DNA of 64,000 nucleotides from the NCBI GenBank assembly GCA_965243555.1, contig OZ251575.1, positions 2,785,639-2,849,638 of the forward strand. The letters run 5' to 3'. Source of the DNA: Spirochaetia bacterium (lineage in GTDB: Bacteria > Spirochaetota > Spirochaetia > SZUA-6 > Bin103). How positions within the stretch are numbered: position 1 is the stretch's first letter; each line of letters opens with the position of its first letter. Position numbers and translations under genes: made by a program. Below, in pieces: positions 1-9,472 of the stretch. The notes beneath the pieces are model-generated. The model was not told where the DNA came from. It searched no databases and saw only the letters and a program-made list of their open reading frames with translations.

Positions 1-712
1 CGTCGTAACGGAGGCCACTGCGCAGGGTCTGGGCTTGGATGGCCGCGCGGTGGACGTGGTCGGCCGTACCGCCGCTCTGAAGTCGATCCGGTTTACCGCC
101 GCCGACCTGCGGCGCTACGGGACGGAGCACCGGTCGAAGCTGATCGATCTGAGCGGCCAGCCGCGGGCATCGTTCTCGACCGCCCTGGCCGAGTATATCC
201 GATCCGGGGAGGAGCAGGGGGTCAACCGCGGTTACAAGTGCCGCATCCGCAACCGCTGGTTCGACGTCCCGTCGGTGTACGTGCCGGATGCGTTCCTGTT
301 CCGCCAGATTCACCATGCGCCGCTGCTGGCGGCGAATCACGCGCGCGCGACCTCCACCGATACCATCCACCGCGTGCGAGTCATCGCCGGGGTGGACGCG
401 GACTTGCTCGGCGCGGCCCTGGTGAACTCGCTGACTTTCGCCTGGGCCGAGGTGTGCGGGCGCAGCTACGGCGGCGGCGTGCTCGAACTGGAGCCGCGGG
501 AAGCGGAGAATCTGCTGGTGCCGTATCGCTTCGCGAAAGGCATCGACGCCGAGTACGTCGATCGCCGGCTACGCGCCGGCGACCTCGAAGCCGCAATGGA
601 TCACGGCGACACCGTGCTGCTCAAGGAAGGCTGCGGTTTCTCCGACCGAGACGTGCAGACCGCCCGCGCCGCATGGAACCGCCTCCGATCCCGCCGCCAC
701 CGCCGACGATAG
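1..712 (+). CDS. Partial CDS (5' end outside window): C-terminal TaqI-like target-recognition domain of an N6-adenine DNA methyltransferase / type IIG(L) restriction-modification enzyme (PglX/MmeI/Eco57I-like)
   Basis: Frame-2 ORF is open from the window edge. The motif '...SYGGGVLELEPREAENLLVPY' matches the conserved G-G-x-LKLEPRELExLPIP signature of the TaqI-like C-terminal specificity domain that follows gamma-class MTase domains. No N-terminal part is in the window. Confidence 0.5.
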   Translation, partial: VVTEATAQGLGLDGRAVDVVGRTAALKSIRFTAADLRRYGTEHRSKLIDLSGQPRASFSTALAEYIRSGEEQGVNRGYKCRIRNRWFDVPSVYVPDAFLFRQIHHAPLLAANHARATSTDTIHRVRVIAGVDADLLGAALVNSLTFAWAEVCGRSYGGGVLELEPREAENLLVPYRFAKGIDAEYVDRRLRAGDLEAAMDHGDTVLLKEGCGFSDRDVQTARAAWNRLRSRRHRRR

Positions 713-719
713 CTGTCGG

Positions 720-1073
720 TTACTTCCGCAGCGAAGCGGTGAATGGACGCAATGCCTGAAGCATCTCGGCCTTGGGCTTGGCGCCGCTCACCCTTGCGCG
801 GTTCCCGTCGGTTGGTGACGACGCCGATACGGCAGTAAATCCGATGAGTCCGGAGCAACGGAACTCCAACGCGAGAACGCCGAAGCCATCCGTATCCCCG
901 GTATCGCCGGGAAGGCGCCACTCGGCCCCTACCAGCCCGTTGGGATTCACGCTGATCTGCGGATGCGGCAGCCATCGTTCACTCAGGAGGAAAGCGACCA
1001 TATCCCGCAACGAGTCCGCGTTCATTGGCGGTTCGGACGGATCCTCCATCGGCAGCTCGCGCAAATAGGACAA
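720..1073 (-). CDS. Hypothetical small protein (117 aa) downstream of ileS
   Basis: ORF-track ORF in a 425-bp gap between ileS and the partial MTase, with plausible codon usage. No recognisable domain. Confidence 0.25.
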   Translation of the reverse strand: MSYLRELPMEDPSEPPMNADSLRDMVAFLLSERWLPHPQISVNPNGLVGAEWRLPGDTGDTDGFGVLALEFRCSGLIGFTAVSASSPTDGNRARVSGAKPKAEMLQALRPFTASLRK

Positions 1074-1138
1074 GCGCTTGGCGGCCGCGACGAGGTCGTG
1101 CTCGCGTAGTATCTCGATTAACCGCTCCGTGTCGGTTG

Positions 1139-4100
1139 CTACGCGCAGTTGGCTGACCCGACACGCTCCACGCCGATGACGAGCGGGTGCCCGCTGATCA
1201 TACCCTTGGAGGTGAAGATGTCCGCAGGGAAGTCGGCACGGTAATCCACGTCAAGTGCCAGCACTTCGGCTGCGAGGAGGGGTTCGTGGGTACGGAGCGC
1301 GGCTTGGACGGGGCCGGCGGCGGTGAGGTAGAGGGTGATGCGGTCGGCGATGTCGAAGCCGGATTCGCGGCGCAGGTTGTTGATCATGTGCACGGCCTCG
1401 CGCACCATGCCCTCCGCGCGCAGCTCGTCGGTCAGTTCCTTGAGCACGCCGACTTGGCAGCCGGGTTCCGAAGCGATGGCGTACTCCGCACGCGGTACGG
1501 TTTCCACCAACAGGTCGTCCGCCTGCAGTTCGAATTCGCCGACGTTGACCGGGCCGCCGGAGCATGCCCGGTCCGCGAGCTCCATGGGGTCGGCGGCGGC
1601 GATGGCCGCGGCGACCTGTTTCATCTGCCGGCCGAAGCGGGGGCCCAGGGCCTTGTAGTTGGGCTTTACCTGCGCCGCCAGCAGGCCGCCCACCTCCTCC
1701 GCCGGGCGCACGCGCTTGACGTTCAACTCGTCCAGGAGTTGCGACTCGATCACGGGGAGGGCCGCCCGCTCGCGGTCGGTCGCCAAGTCCACCACCAGTT
1801 CCGCCAGCGGCTGGCGGACGCGCAGGTTGGCGGCGGCGCGGGCGGAGCGGCCGAGGCGCGCCAGGCGCATGGCGAGGGCGGTGGCGGCCGCCAACTCCTC
1901 GTCAATCAGCGCCTCATCCGCAACCGGCCAGTTGCACAGGTGCACGCTCGGCGCGGCGCCGGGCAGCCGTTCCGCCATTAGGTTGCGGTACAGCGCCTCG
2001 GAGATGAACGGGTTGAACGGCGCCAGCAGCTTGGCCAGCGTGGTCAGGCACTCGTACAGGGTGCCGTAGGCGGCCTGTTTGTCGGCGTCCAGCCCGGCGG
2101 CCCCGCTGCGCCAGAAGCGGCGCCGGTTGCGGCGCACGTACCAGTTGGAGAGCGCGTCCACGAACCGCTCCAGCACCCCCGCCGCGGTCTCGGGACGCCA
2201 TGACTCCAGCGCCGCGGTCACCGCCCGCACCACCCGCTGCAGCTCGGAGCGGATCCAGCGGTCCAGTTCGGTGAGCTCCGCCGCCGGCGCGCCGTCATCA
2301 ACACCCCCCGCGTCCCCACCGCCGGGCGGCTGCCAGCCGTCGATGTTGGCGTAGTTCACGAAGAAGGAGTAGACGTTCCAGATCGGGATGTGGAATTGGC
2401 GCCGCACTTCGTCGCCGGGGGCGTAGCCGAAGTTGAGGTTGTGGGCCGGCGTGTGGCGCAGGTACATCCAGCGCATCACGTCCACCCCCATCTTGTCCGC
2501 CGCCTCGTCGAACCAGATGGCGTTGCCCTTGCTCTTGTGCATTTCGGAGCCGTGCTCGTCGCGCAGCAGCGCGTAGGTAAAGCACGCCTTGAACGGTTCG
2601 GTGCGCTCCAGGGTGGCGCTCATCGCCAGCAGGGAGTAGAACCAGTTGCGGAACTGGCCCGGGAACGACTCCGAAATCCAATCCGCCGGGAACCAGTCGC
2701 GCCAGTGCTCCCGGTCGCTGCGGTACTTGATGGTCGAGAACGGCACGATGCCGGCGTCCAGCCAGGGGTTGCCTACGTCGCGGATGCGCGCCATCTTCGC
2801 GCCGCAGCAGGAGCAGGCGATCTTGACCGCGTCGATCCACGGACGGTGCGGCGAATGACCCGCGAACTCCGGCCACCCCTCCACCGCGCGCTCCCGCAAC
2901 TCGTGCTCGCTGCCGATCACCTCGAAGCGGTCGCAGGCGTCGCAGGTCCAGATCGGCAGCGCCAGCCCCCAGTAACGCTTCTTGGAGATCATCCAGTCGT
3001 GCATGTTGCGCAGCCAATCCAGCTCGCGCTCCAGCCCGAACGCCGGTACCCAGTGCACCTTGCGGGTGATCTCCATCATCGTGTGGCGCAGCTCGTCCAT
3101 GGAGATGAACCACTCGTCCACCACCCGGAACACCAGCTCACTGTTGCAGCGCCAGCAGAAGGGGTAGCGGTGGCGGTGCTCCTCGGTGCGGTACAGCAGC
3201 TCTTTTTGGGTAAGGTCCTCAAAGATGCGGTCGCGCACGTCGAACACGCTGCAGCCGGTGAGCCAGCCGAAGCCGTCCACGTAGCGGCCGTTCTCATCCA
3301 GCGGCGCCACCACCGCCAGGTCGTGCTCCTGGCCCAGCGCGAAGTCCTCCGGCCCGGCGCCGGGGGCAATGTGGACGATGGCGGTGCCCTCGGCCTCCCC
3401 TACCTCCTTCCAGGGGATGACGCGGTGCGCCACCCCGTGCTGCGCCGCCAGCTCGTCGAACGGCCCGCGGTAGGGGCGCCCCACCAGCGCGCTGCCGGGC
3501 AGTTCCTCCAGCACCTCGACGTTGCGGCCGGCGTTGGCGCCGGCGCCGGCCAGCACGGCCAGCCGTTCCTTGCCCAGGTAGAGGATTTCGCCGCCTGCGC
3601 GCACGCGCACGTAGCGATGCTCGGGGTGCACCGCGGCGGCGACGTTGGCGGTGAGGGTCCACGGAGTGGTGGTCCAGATCAGCAGCGACTCGCCTTTGGC
3701 GTCGGCCAGCGGCAGGCGCACGTACACTGCGGTATGGGTGACCTCCTGGTAGCCCTCGGTAACGATTTCGTGCTGCGACAGGCCGGTGCCGCAACGCGCG
3801 CACCATGGCATCGAGTCGGTGCCGCGGTACAGCCAGCCGTTCTCGTGGCAGCGCTTGAGGAAGTGCCAGATGGTGTAGTTATTCTCATCCGACATGGTGT
3901 GGTAGGAGTGATCCCAGTCCATCCAGTAGCCGAGGCGGCGGGATTGCTCGGTCTGGATGGCGGCGTACTTGCGCACCCGCTGCTTGCACTCCTCCACGAA
4001 GCGGGCGATGCCGAACGCCTCAATGTCGTGTTTGGAGGTAAAGCCCTTTTCCTTTTCCACCTCCACCTCGACCCACAGCCCCTGGCCGTCGAATCCGTTC

Positions 4101-4348
4101 TGGTAACGCTGCCGGTAGCCCTGCATGGTGCGCCAGCGCAGGAACAGGTCCTTGTAGGTGCGCCCCCAGGCGTGGTGCACCCCCATCGGGTTGTTGGCGG
4201 TAATCGGACCGTCAATAAAGGAGTAGCGCCGCTCGGCGCCGGCGTTGCGCTGCAGGTAGCGGTCGACGATGCCGGCGTCGCGCCACCAGCGGAGCTGTTC
4301 GTGCTCCAGCGCGATAAAGTCCACGCGCGGCGTTACCGGGGAAAACAC
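1139..4348 (-). CDS. ileS: Isoleucine--tRNA ligase (type 2 IleRS)
   Basis: 1069-aa ORF with a GTG start at 4348. Class I HIGH region 'PMGVHHAWGRT', KMSKS-like 'KSKGNAI', editing domain and the Zn-finger C-terminus; the N-terminal 'FIDGPITANNPMGVHH' pattern is typical of type-2 (eukaryote-like) IleRS. Confidence 0.95.
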   Translation of the reverse strand: MFSPVTPRVDFIALEHEQLRWWRDAGIVDRYLQRNAGAERRYSFIDGPITANNPMGVHHAWGRTYKDLFLRWRTMQGYRQRYQNGFDGQGLWVEVEVEKEKGFTSKHDIEAFGIARFVEECKQRVRKYAAIQTEQSRRLGYWMDWDHSYHTMSDENNYTIWHFLKRCHENGWLYRGTDSMPWCARCGTGLSQHEIVTEGYQEVTHTAVYVRLPLADAKGESLLIWTTTPWTLTANVAAAVHPEHRYVRVRAGGEILYLGKERLAVLAGAGANAGRNVEVLEELPGSALVGRPYRGPFDELAAQHGVAHRVIPWKEVGEAEGTAIVHIAPGAGPEDFALGQEHDLAVVAPLDENGRYVDGFGWLTGCSVFDVRDRIFEDLTQKELLYRTEEHRHRYPFCWRCNSELVFRVVDEWFISMDELRHTMMEITRKVHWVPAFGLERELDWLRNMHDWMISKKRYWGLALPIWTCDACDRFEVIGSEHELRERAVEGWPEFAGHSPHRPWIDAVKIACSCCGAKMARIRDVGNPWLDAGIVPFSTIKYRSDREHWRDWFPADWISESFPGQFRNWFYSLLAMSATLERTEPFKACFTYALLRDEHGSEMHKSKGNAIWFDEAADKMGVDVMRWMYLRHTPAHNLNFGYAPGDEVRRQFHIPIWNVYSFFVNYANIDGWQPPGGGDAGGVDDGAPAAELTELDRWIRSELQRVVRAVTAALESWRPETAAGVLERFVDALSNWYVRRNRRRFWRSGAAGLDADKQAAYGTLYECLTTLAKLLAPFNPFISEALYRNLMAERLPGAAPSVHLCNWPVADEALIDEELAAATALAMRLARLGRSARAAANLRVRQPLAELVVDLATDRERAALPVIESQLLDELNVKRVRPAEEVGGLLAAQVKPNYKALGPRFGRQMKQVAAAIAAADPMELADRACSGGPVNVGEFELQADDLLVETVPRAEYAIASEPGCQVGVLKELTDELRAEGMVREAVHMINNLRRESGFDIADRITLYLTAAGPVQAALRTHEPLLAAEVLALDVDYRADFPADIFTSKGMISGHPLVIGVERVGSANCA

Positions 4349-4484
4349 GCGATGAACCTATCCCCCGCCCGCTTGCCGGGTCAAGACGCGCGCTTTCCCC
4401 CCGCCGCGGCAAGCGCCCTTCTCTGGTGCGCGCGGGGCCCCGGCTGATTGCCAAGGCGCCGCGCCGCAGGTAAGTTGCGGGCCT

Positions 4485-5519
4485 ATGGCTGGTGACAAGC
4501 CGCTGATTGCGGTGCTCAACGACAGCCCGCGGGTGCTGCTCACGGAGGAATTCGCGCGCTACGAGGAGCGGCTGCAGTTCCGCTTCCCGCCGCCGGCGGA
4601 CAGCGCCTCGCCGCCGGGGGCGCGGAACAAGTTGGACGCCGCGGGCGCGCGGCGGCTGCTGGAAGGGGCGGACGGCTGCGTGACCTGCTGGGGGTCACCG
4701 CCGCTCACCGCCGAGTTGCTGAGCGCCGCGCCCGGCCTGCGCGCTATCGCCCACGCCGCCGGCACCGTCCGCCCCTACCTCTCGGACGCGGTGTGGGAGC
4801 GCGGCGTTGCGGTGATCAACGCGGCCGGCGCGATCGCCGAAGAGGTGGCGCAGTACACCACCGCGCTGATCGTGATCGGACGCCGCTCGCTCATGGAGAC
4901 GGCGCCGCAGACCGCGCGCGGCAAGTGGCGGGACGTCGAGTTGCACCGCCCCGCCTCCGACGTGCGCGGCATCACCGTCGGCGTCATCGGCGCGGGCGAG
5001 GTAGGCCGCCGCGTGCTGGCCCTGCTGCGCCATTATCAGGTGCGCCTGCTGCTAACCGATCCGTTCGTGGACGCAACGCGCGCCGCCGAACTGGGCGCCG
5101 CGAAGCGGGAACTGGAAGAACTGTTCGCCGAGTCCGACGTGGTGACCGTGCACGCCCCCAACAACGAGCAGACCCGCCACCTGGTAAACGCCGAACGGCT
5201 GGCGCTGCTGCGCGACGGCGCCATCTTCATCAACACCTCGCGCGGGCCGCTGGTGGATCAGGATGCGCTGGCCGCCGAGCTGCGCCGGCGCCGCATCTGG
5301 GCGTTCCTGGACGTGACCGACCCTGAGCCGCCGCCGCCCGACTCGCCGCTGCTCGGCTGCCCGCACCTCACCTTGTCGCCGCACGTGGCGGGGGCGGTCA
5401 GCGGCTCGGTGCGCTATCAACTCCGCTGGGTGCTCGACGACGTGGCGCGGCTGTTCAACGGCGAGCCGCTCCGGCATCGCCAGACCCGCGCCATGGTGGA
5501 GATGAGCAGCTTCCGCTAA
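4485..5519 (+). CDS. D-isomer-specific 2-hydroxyacid dehydrogenase family protein (NAD-binding)
   Basis: Rossmann motif 'GVIGAGEVGRRV'. Catalytic region 'FINTSRGPLVDQDAL' and 'LDVTDPEPP' are typical of D-2-hydroxyacid dehydrogenases. Confidence 0.85.
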   Translation: MAGDKPLIAVLNDSPRVLLTEEFARYEERLQFRFPPPADSASPPGARNKLDAAGARRLLEGADGCVTCWGSPPLTAELLSAAPGLRAIAHAAGTVRPYLSDAVWERGVAVINAAGAIAEEVAQYTTALIVIGRRSLMETAPQTARGKWRDVELHRPASDVRGITVGVIGAGEVGRRVLALLRHYQVRLLLTDPFVDATRAAELGAAKRELEELFAESDVVTVHAPNNEQTRHLVNAERLALLRDGAIFINTSRGPLVDQDALAAELRRRRIWAFLDVTDPEPPPPDSPLLGCPHLTLSPHVAGAVSGSVRYQLRWVLDDVARLFNGEPLRHRQTRAMVEMSSFR

Positions 5520-5558
5520 CGCTCCCGGACTTTTCAACAACCCCAGTGAACCCAGTCC

Positions 5559-6779
5559 CTAAAATCCCCAGTCGAAGTGGGGGGAGGGCAGGGCCAGGGC
5601 GCTGTCGAGAGCGGCCAACAGCTCCGGCGGGCCGCTCAGGTCGTCGGTAATCGCCGCCGACACCGCCGGGCGCGCGCCGAGCCAGACGCGGGAAAACGCC
5701 CCCACGCTCGCGCGCAGGGTGGGCAGGTCCGGGTCGCTGCCCGGCTCCGCGGCGGAAGCGGCACCGAGGCGCACGCGGTACTCGCCGGCGATGCCGCGCC
5801 AGCCGTCCTGCGGCAGGAAGCGGGCAATTGGGTCTTGCAGCTCCAGGTTGAACGCCAGCTCGGAGCGCGCCTCCACCGCGGCGATGCAGGCCGCCAGGTC
5901 CAGAATCCGCACCTGACAGCCGGCGTCGGCCAGCATGTGGTGCTCGTGCTGCGCGCGGCGGGTGTGCTCGCGGTTGCGGTAGGGCCGCTGCAGCAGGTCC
6001 TGGAGCTGGATCTGCGGAGGTTCCCGCAACCATACGTGCTGCACCTGGTCGGAGAGGTTATGCAGCAGGCCCAGCAGCTCCAGTAACTGGGCGCCGTTCT
6101 CGTAGGCCATCCACCACACCGAGTAGGGGCCGCCCTCGTCCTTGGCATCGGCCCAGAAGTAATGGGTGATGCGCTCCCCGGAGCGGTAGCCGAGCCCGAA
6201 CCCGTGTTCCGCCTCGCCCATCGCGCTCTGCGTGACGCTGGCGGGAAGCAGGTTGACTCCGCCGTGCGGACGCAGGCGCCGCAGGCGGCAGTCGTGGGCG
6301 GCCGCCGCGTCCTCGACGGTGACGCGCACCGGCGGCCGCGCCCGCACCGGGACGCGCAGGGTAGCGGGGTCGAAGGTCACCGACTGCTCGTACCCCAGGG
6401 TTCCGAAGCCGAGCAGATTGTAGAAGCCCTGGTCGAACATGCTGAGGCCGGCCACCGCGTCCCCGCGCAGCGCCGCGTCGGCGATTGCCGTGGCGGTGGT
6501 ACGTCCGGCCAGCCCCTGGCGTCGCGCGACGCGGCTGGTGGTTACCGCGGCCACCGCGGCGAACGGCAGGTCGCGCGTCAGGTAGCGCAGGCGGCCGTCG
6601 ACCATCATCACGCCGCACTCGGCGGCGCCGGCGACCTCGGCCACGAAGCCGCGCCCGGCCTGGAAGAAGATGTCGAACTGTTGTTCCTTTTCCTCCTCCT
6701 TGCCGAGCCAGCCTACTTCGCGGTGCACGCGCATCATGGCGGCGCGGTCGCGCTGGTGATCGTAGCGGCGAATAATCAT
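5559..6779 (-). CDS. GNAT family N-acetyltransferase, Eis-like (with C-terminal SCP2-like domain)
   Basis: 406 aa. N-terminal GNAT fold ('AAVTTSRVARRQGLAGR' acetyl-CoA motif), a second GNAT-like region and a C-terminal sterol-carrier-like tail, as in the Eis (enhanced intracellular survival) family. The start overlaps the MATE stop by 4 bp (ATGA). Confidence 0.65.
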   Translation of the reverse strand: MIIRRYDHQRDRAAMMRVHREVGWLGKEEEKEQQFDIFFQAGRGFVAEVAGAAECGVMMVDGRLRYLTRDLPFAAVAAVTTSRVARRQGLAGRTTATAIADAALRGDAVAGLSMFDQGFYNLLGFGTLGYEQSVTFDPATLRVPVRARPPVRVTVEDAAAAHDCRLRRLRPHGGVNLLPASVTQSAMGEAEHGFGLGYRSGERITHYFWADAKDEGGPYSVWWMAYENGAQLLELLGLLHNLSDQVQHVWLREPPQIQLQDLLQRPYRNREHTRRAQHEHHMLADAGCQVRILDLAACIAAVEARSELAFNLELQDPIARFLPQDGWRGIAGEYRVRLGAASAAEPGSDPDLPTLRASVGAFSRVWLGARPAVSAAITDDLSGPPELLAALDSALALPSPHFDWGF

Positions 6780-8311
6780 GCGACGTGTACCTCACGTTTG
6801 CCGGAGTCTTGGTCGGGATCGGTTTCCGGTTCGGGATCGGCGGCCGCCGCCGGGGCGCGGCCATCCGCCGCCGGGCGGGGCATGGCGGGCGCGTCCGGGA
6901 ATGGGCCGGGCGGTTTGCCGGGCCCGCCTCCCGGCCCGCCGCCCCGCCCCGCGCCGCCCGCGGGCAGGCCGGCGAAGGTGCGCCGCAGCAGCAGGTACCC
7001 GATCCCGAACGCGACCAGATTGGCCGTGACGATCGCCATCCACACGCCGGGAGCGGCGCCGGCTCCGGCGCGGCCGCCGCCCGTGGCCAGCAGCGCGCCG
7101 CCCACCAGGATGGCCACCCGTATCGCGGAAATGGCGAAGCCGCGCCACGACTTGCCCAGTGCCTGCAGCGAGCTGACCACCACGAACAGCGCGGCCACCA
7201 CGCCGTAGGTGAGCGGCACCGTCGCCAGGTAGGAAAGCGTGTACCCCGCCACCTCGGCGTCGTCGGGGGCGAACGCTCCCACGATCACCCCGCGCATCAC
7301 CAGCGCGCCGACGCCCACCAGCGAGCCGAGGACGAAACCGAACAGCAGCCCGGTGCGAAACGCCGCGTGGGCGCGGTCCGGGCGCTGGCCGCCGAGATTC
7401 TGGCCAATCAGCGCCAGCGCGGCCACCCCGAAACCGATGGCCGGCAGGAACGAGAAGAACTCGATGCGCAGGCCGATGGCGAGCCCGGTGACCCCCGCTT
7501 CCAGGAACGCCAGCGCCACCACGGCGTTGAGCGCCGCCAGCGCCGCGGGGTTGAGCAAGTTGGTCAGGGCCGCCGGAAAGCCGATGGCCAACACCTTCCG
7601 CACCGACTGCAACCGGAACACGAGGTTCCGAAAGCGGAAGTTCACCAGCATGTTGCGCTGGTGGAGCAGGGTGATGCCCGCGGTCACCAGCAGTATCTGC
7701 GAAATCACGGTGGCGATGGCGGCGCCGCGCACGCCGAACGCGGGAATCCCGAAGCCGCCGAAGATCAGCAGCGGGTCGAGGGCCGCGTTGATGGTGGTGG
7801 AGATGGCGAACAGCCAGGTGACCGTGGTGTTGTCGCCCTGCGAGTTGAAGCCGAAGATCACGGCGAAGAACACGAACATGAGCACCGAACCGCCGGCGAC
7901 GATGGTGAAGTAGTCCACCGCCAGGGGCAGGATGTCGCCGGCGGCGCCGGTCAAGGTCAGGAGTTGGCGGCGCAGGGTGAGGCATAGCGTGGTAAAGATC
8001 GCGGCGGCGATGAGATTGAGCACGAATGATTGGCCGAGCACCCGTTCCGCCTCGTCGAGGTCGCGGCGGCCGATGCTCATGGCCATGACCACCCCGGACC
8101 CGACGGTGATGCCGATGGTGAGGGAGACCATCACGAACAGGGTGATTTGGGAGACGGTGACCGCGGCGATGGCGTTGGCCGAGACGCGGCTCACCCAGAA
8201 CGCGTCCACCAGTTGATACAGGGTCTGGAAGAAGATGGAGAGCATCACCGGCCAAGCCAGTGACCAGCTCAGTGCCGGGATTGATCCGGTGGTGAGGTTG
8301 CGTCCGCGCAC
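6776..8311 (-). CDS. MATE family multidrug efflux transporter (NorM-like)
   Basis: 511 aa with 12 predicted TM segments in two repeated halves typical of MatE. The C-terminal low-complexity Gly/Pro tail overlaps the Eis-like gene start. Confidence 0.88.
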   Translation of the reverse strand: MRGRNLTTGSIPALSWSLAWPVMLSIFFQTLYQLVDAFWVSRVSANAIAAVTVSQITLFVMVSLTIGITVGSGVVMAMSIGRRDLDEAERVLGQSFVLNLIAAAIFTTLCLTLRRQLLTLTGAAGDILPLAVDYFTIVAGGSVLMFVFFAVIFGFNSQGDNTTVTWLFAISTTINAALDPLLIFGGFGIPAFGVRGAAIATVISQILLVTAGITLLHQRNMLVNFRFRNLVFRLQSVRKVLAIGFPAALTNLLNPAALAALNAVVALAFLEAGVTGLAIGLRIEFFSFLPAIGFGVAALALIGQNLGGQRPDRAHAAFRTGLLFGFVLGSLVGVGALVMRGVIVGAFAPDDAEVAGYTLSYLATVPLTYGVVAALFVVVSSLQALGKSWRGFAISAIRVAILVGGALLATGGGRAGAGAAPGVWMAIVTANLVAFGIGYLLLRRTFAGLPAGGAGRGGGPGGGPGKPPGPFPDAPAMPRPAADGRAPAAAADPEPETDPDQDSGKREVHVA

Positions 8312-8434
8312 GGCCGGCGTAACCTACTACCGATTACGCCGGCAAGCAACGAACCCGCACCCCCACCTGCTCGCCGCTCCCCCAACCGGCCCAACCCGGC
8401 CCACCCAAGTCCAACCGGGGACTTGGCGCCGGCT

Positions 8435-8545
8435 TACGGGCGGTGCGGCGCCGGCTCCCACCACGAACGCGGGCTCACGGGCGGTGCGGCGCCGGCCCCC
8501 ACCACGAACGCCGGATACGGGCGGGTGCCGGCCCCACCGCCGGCT
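8435..8545. repeat. 41-bp tandem direct repeat, about 2.7 copies (unit 'tyacgggcggtgcggcgccggcyc ccaccacgaacgcsgg')
   Basis: Seen directly: units at 8435-8475, 8476-8516 and a partial unit at 8517-8545. It lies in the intergenic region upstream of the MATE/Eis operon (minus strand) and downstream of the DUF4202-like gene. Confidence 0.8.
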
Positions 8546-8566
8546 TCTACCGCGCTCGGCGCCGGG

Positions 8567-9160
8567 TCACCCGGACGCCGGCTGGTTGAACGTGCCGGCT
8601 ACCGCGCTCAGGCGTTGCGCCGCGCCACGCGCGGCGGGGGACATCTTGCGCCAAGTCCTGGTGAGGATGGAGGTCACCTTTTCCGGCGGGTGCTTGGCGG
8701 CGAACGCCGTGAGGTAGCTGTCCAGAAACACTAGGCAGGCGGCGTCTTCCAGCGCCTGCACGTCGCTGTCCTGGGTGGCTACGGCCAGCCCTTCCTTGCG
8801 CAGCAGGGCCTCCACGGCCGCCACCGCGGCGGAGTCGTAGCCCGCCTCCCGCATGAGCTGCGCCGTCCGCCGCGCGTGGTGGCCGGCCGCCGCGGTGCGC
8901 CAGCGCAGGTAACCGCGGCGCCCCTCCGGAAACCGCCCGCGCGGTATCGCCCAACGCTCCAGGTGCTGCGCGCAAACCGCGATGCGCAGGGTCTCGGAGG
9001 CACCGGGCCGCAACCGCTCCAGCCAAGCGCTCATGCGCCGCGCGTAGAGCAACTCCTTGGGATATTCGACGCCCCCGTCCGTCTCGGAATTGGGATCCGC
9101 GCGATTGGCGGCGTCGATCAACCGTAACACCCGTTCCAACCGCCCGCCCGGTTCGCCCAT
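8567..9160 (-). CDS. Conserved hypothetical protein (DUF4202-like)
   Basis: 197 aa. Motif 'CAQHLERWAIPRGRFPEGRRGYLRWR' resembles the conserved core of DUF4202 proteins, recalled from memory only. Confidence 0.5.
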   Translation of the reverse strand: MGEPGGRLERVLRLIDAANRADPNSETDGGVEYPKELLYARRMSAWLERLRPGASETLRIAVCAQHLERWAIPRGRFPEGRRGYLRWRTAAAGHHARRTAQLMREAGYDSAAVAAVEALLRKEGLAVATQDSDVQALEDAACLVFLDSYLTAFAAKHPPEKVTSILTRTWRKMSPAARGAAQRLSAVAGTFNQPASG

Positions 9161-9210
9161 GACCGGGCCATGATAACAGACCCGCGCGGCCCGGGCGGCG
9201 GCGAAGGGGC

Positions 9211-9472
9211 GGCGGGTGCGAACCTCTGAACGGCACTAAGGCCCCTTCCATGCCCATCATCCAAGGCAGCGTGCCGGGTCGGATCAAGTCACCGGCGGGC
9301 GGCTCCGAGCCGCGCATGGCGGTGGCGGTAGCGGTGATGGGCGGCGCACAGCAGCCGCAGATTGTCGGGCTCGGCGCTGCCGCCGAGCGCATACGGCACC
9401 ACGTGATCTATTTCCAGCAGATGCCGGGAGCCGCACCGGCGCCCACTGCCCCGGTCCGCGTAGCTGCAGCAG
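9211..9472. repeat. Segmental duplication R1, copy 1 (about 90% identical to 16067-16307)
   Basis: By-eye alignment: this stretch (HNH gene 3' end plus 78 bp downstream) recurs at 16067-16307 with scattered substitutions and a 6-bp indel. Confidence 0.8.

Noticed and set aside
979-1164. 61-aa ORF overlapping the ileS stop
   Set aside because: Arg-rich with no start context. It overlaps the better-supported 720-1073 ORF and the ileS 3' end, and is likely noise.
2390-4447. 685-aa plus-strand ORF (and many other long antisense ORFs such as 6792-8255, 30005-31138, 31723-34146, 36094-37890, 50390-53137)
   Set aside because: Antisense to well-supported genes (ileS, MATE, AAA ATPase, GGT, ABC exporter, SBP). 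At ~70% GC long spurious ORFs are expected. Their translations are Arg/Ala/Gly-rich, low-complexity and lack domains.
4349-4484. Possible T-box leader upstream of ileS
   Set aside because: Only about 135 nt are available between ileS and the divergent dehydrogenase gene. I could not find the conserved T-box sequence (AATTAGGGTGGTACCGCG or variants) or a convincing terminator/antiterminator by eye.
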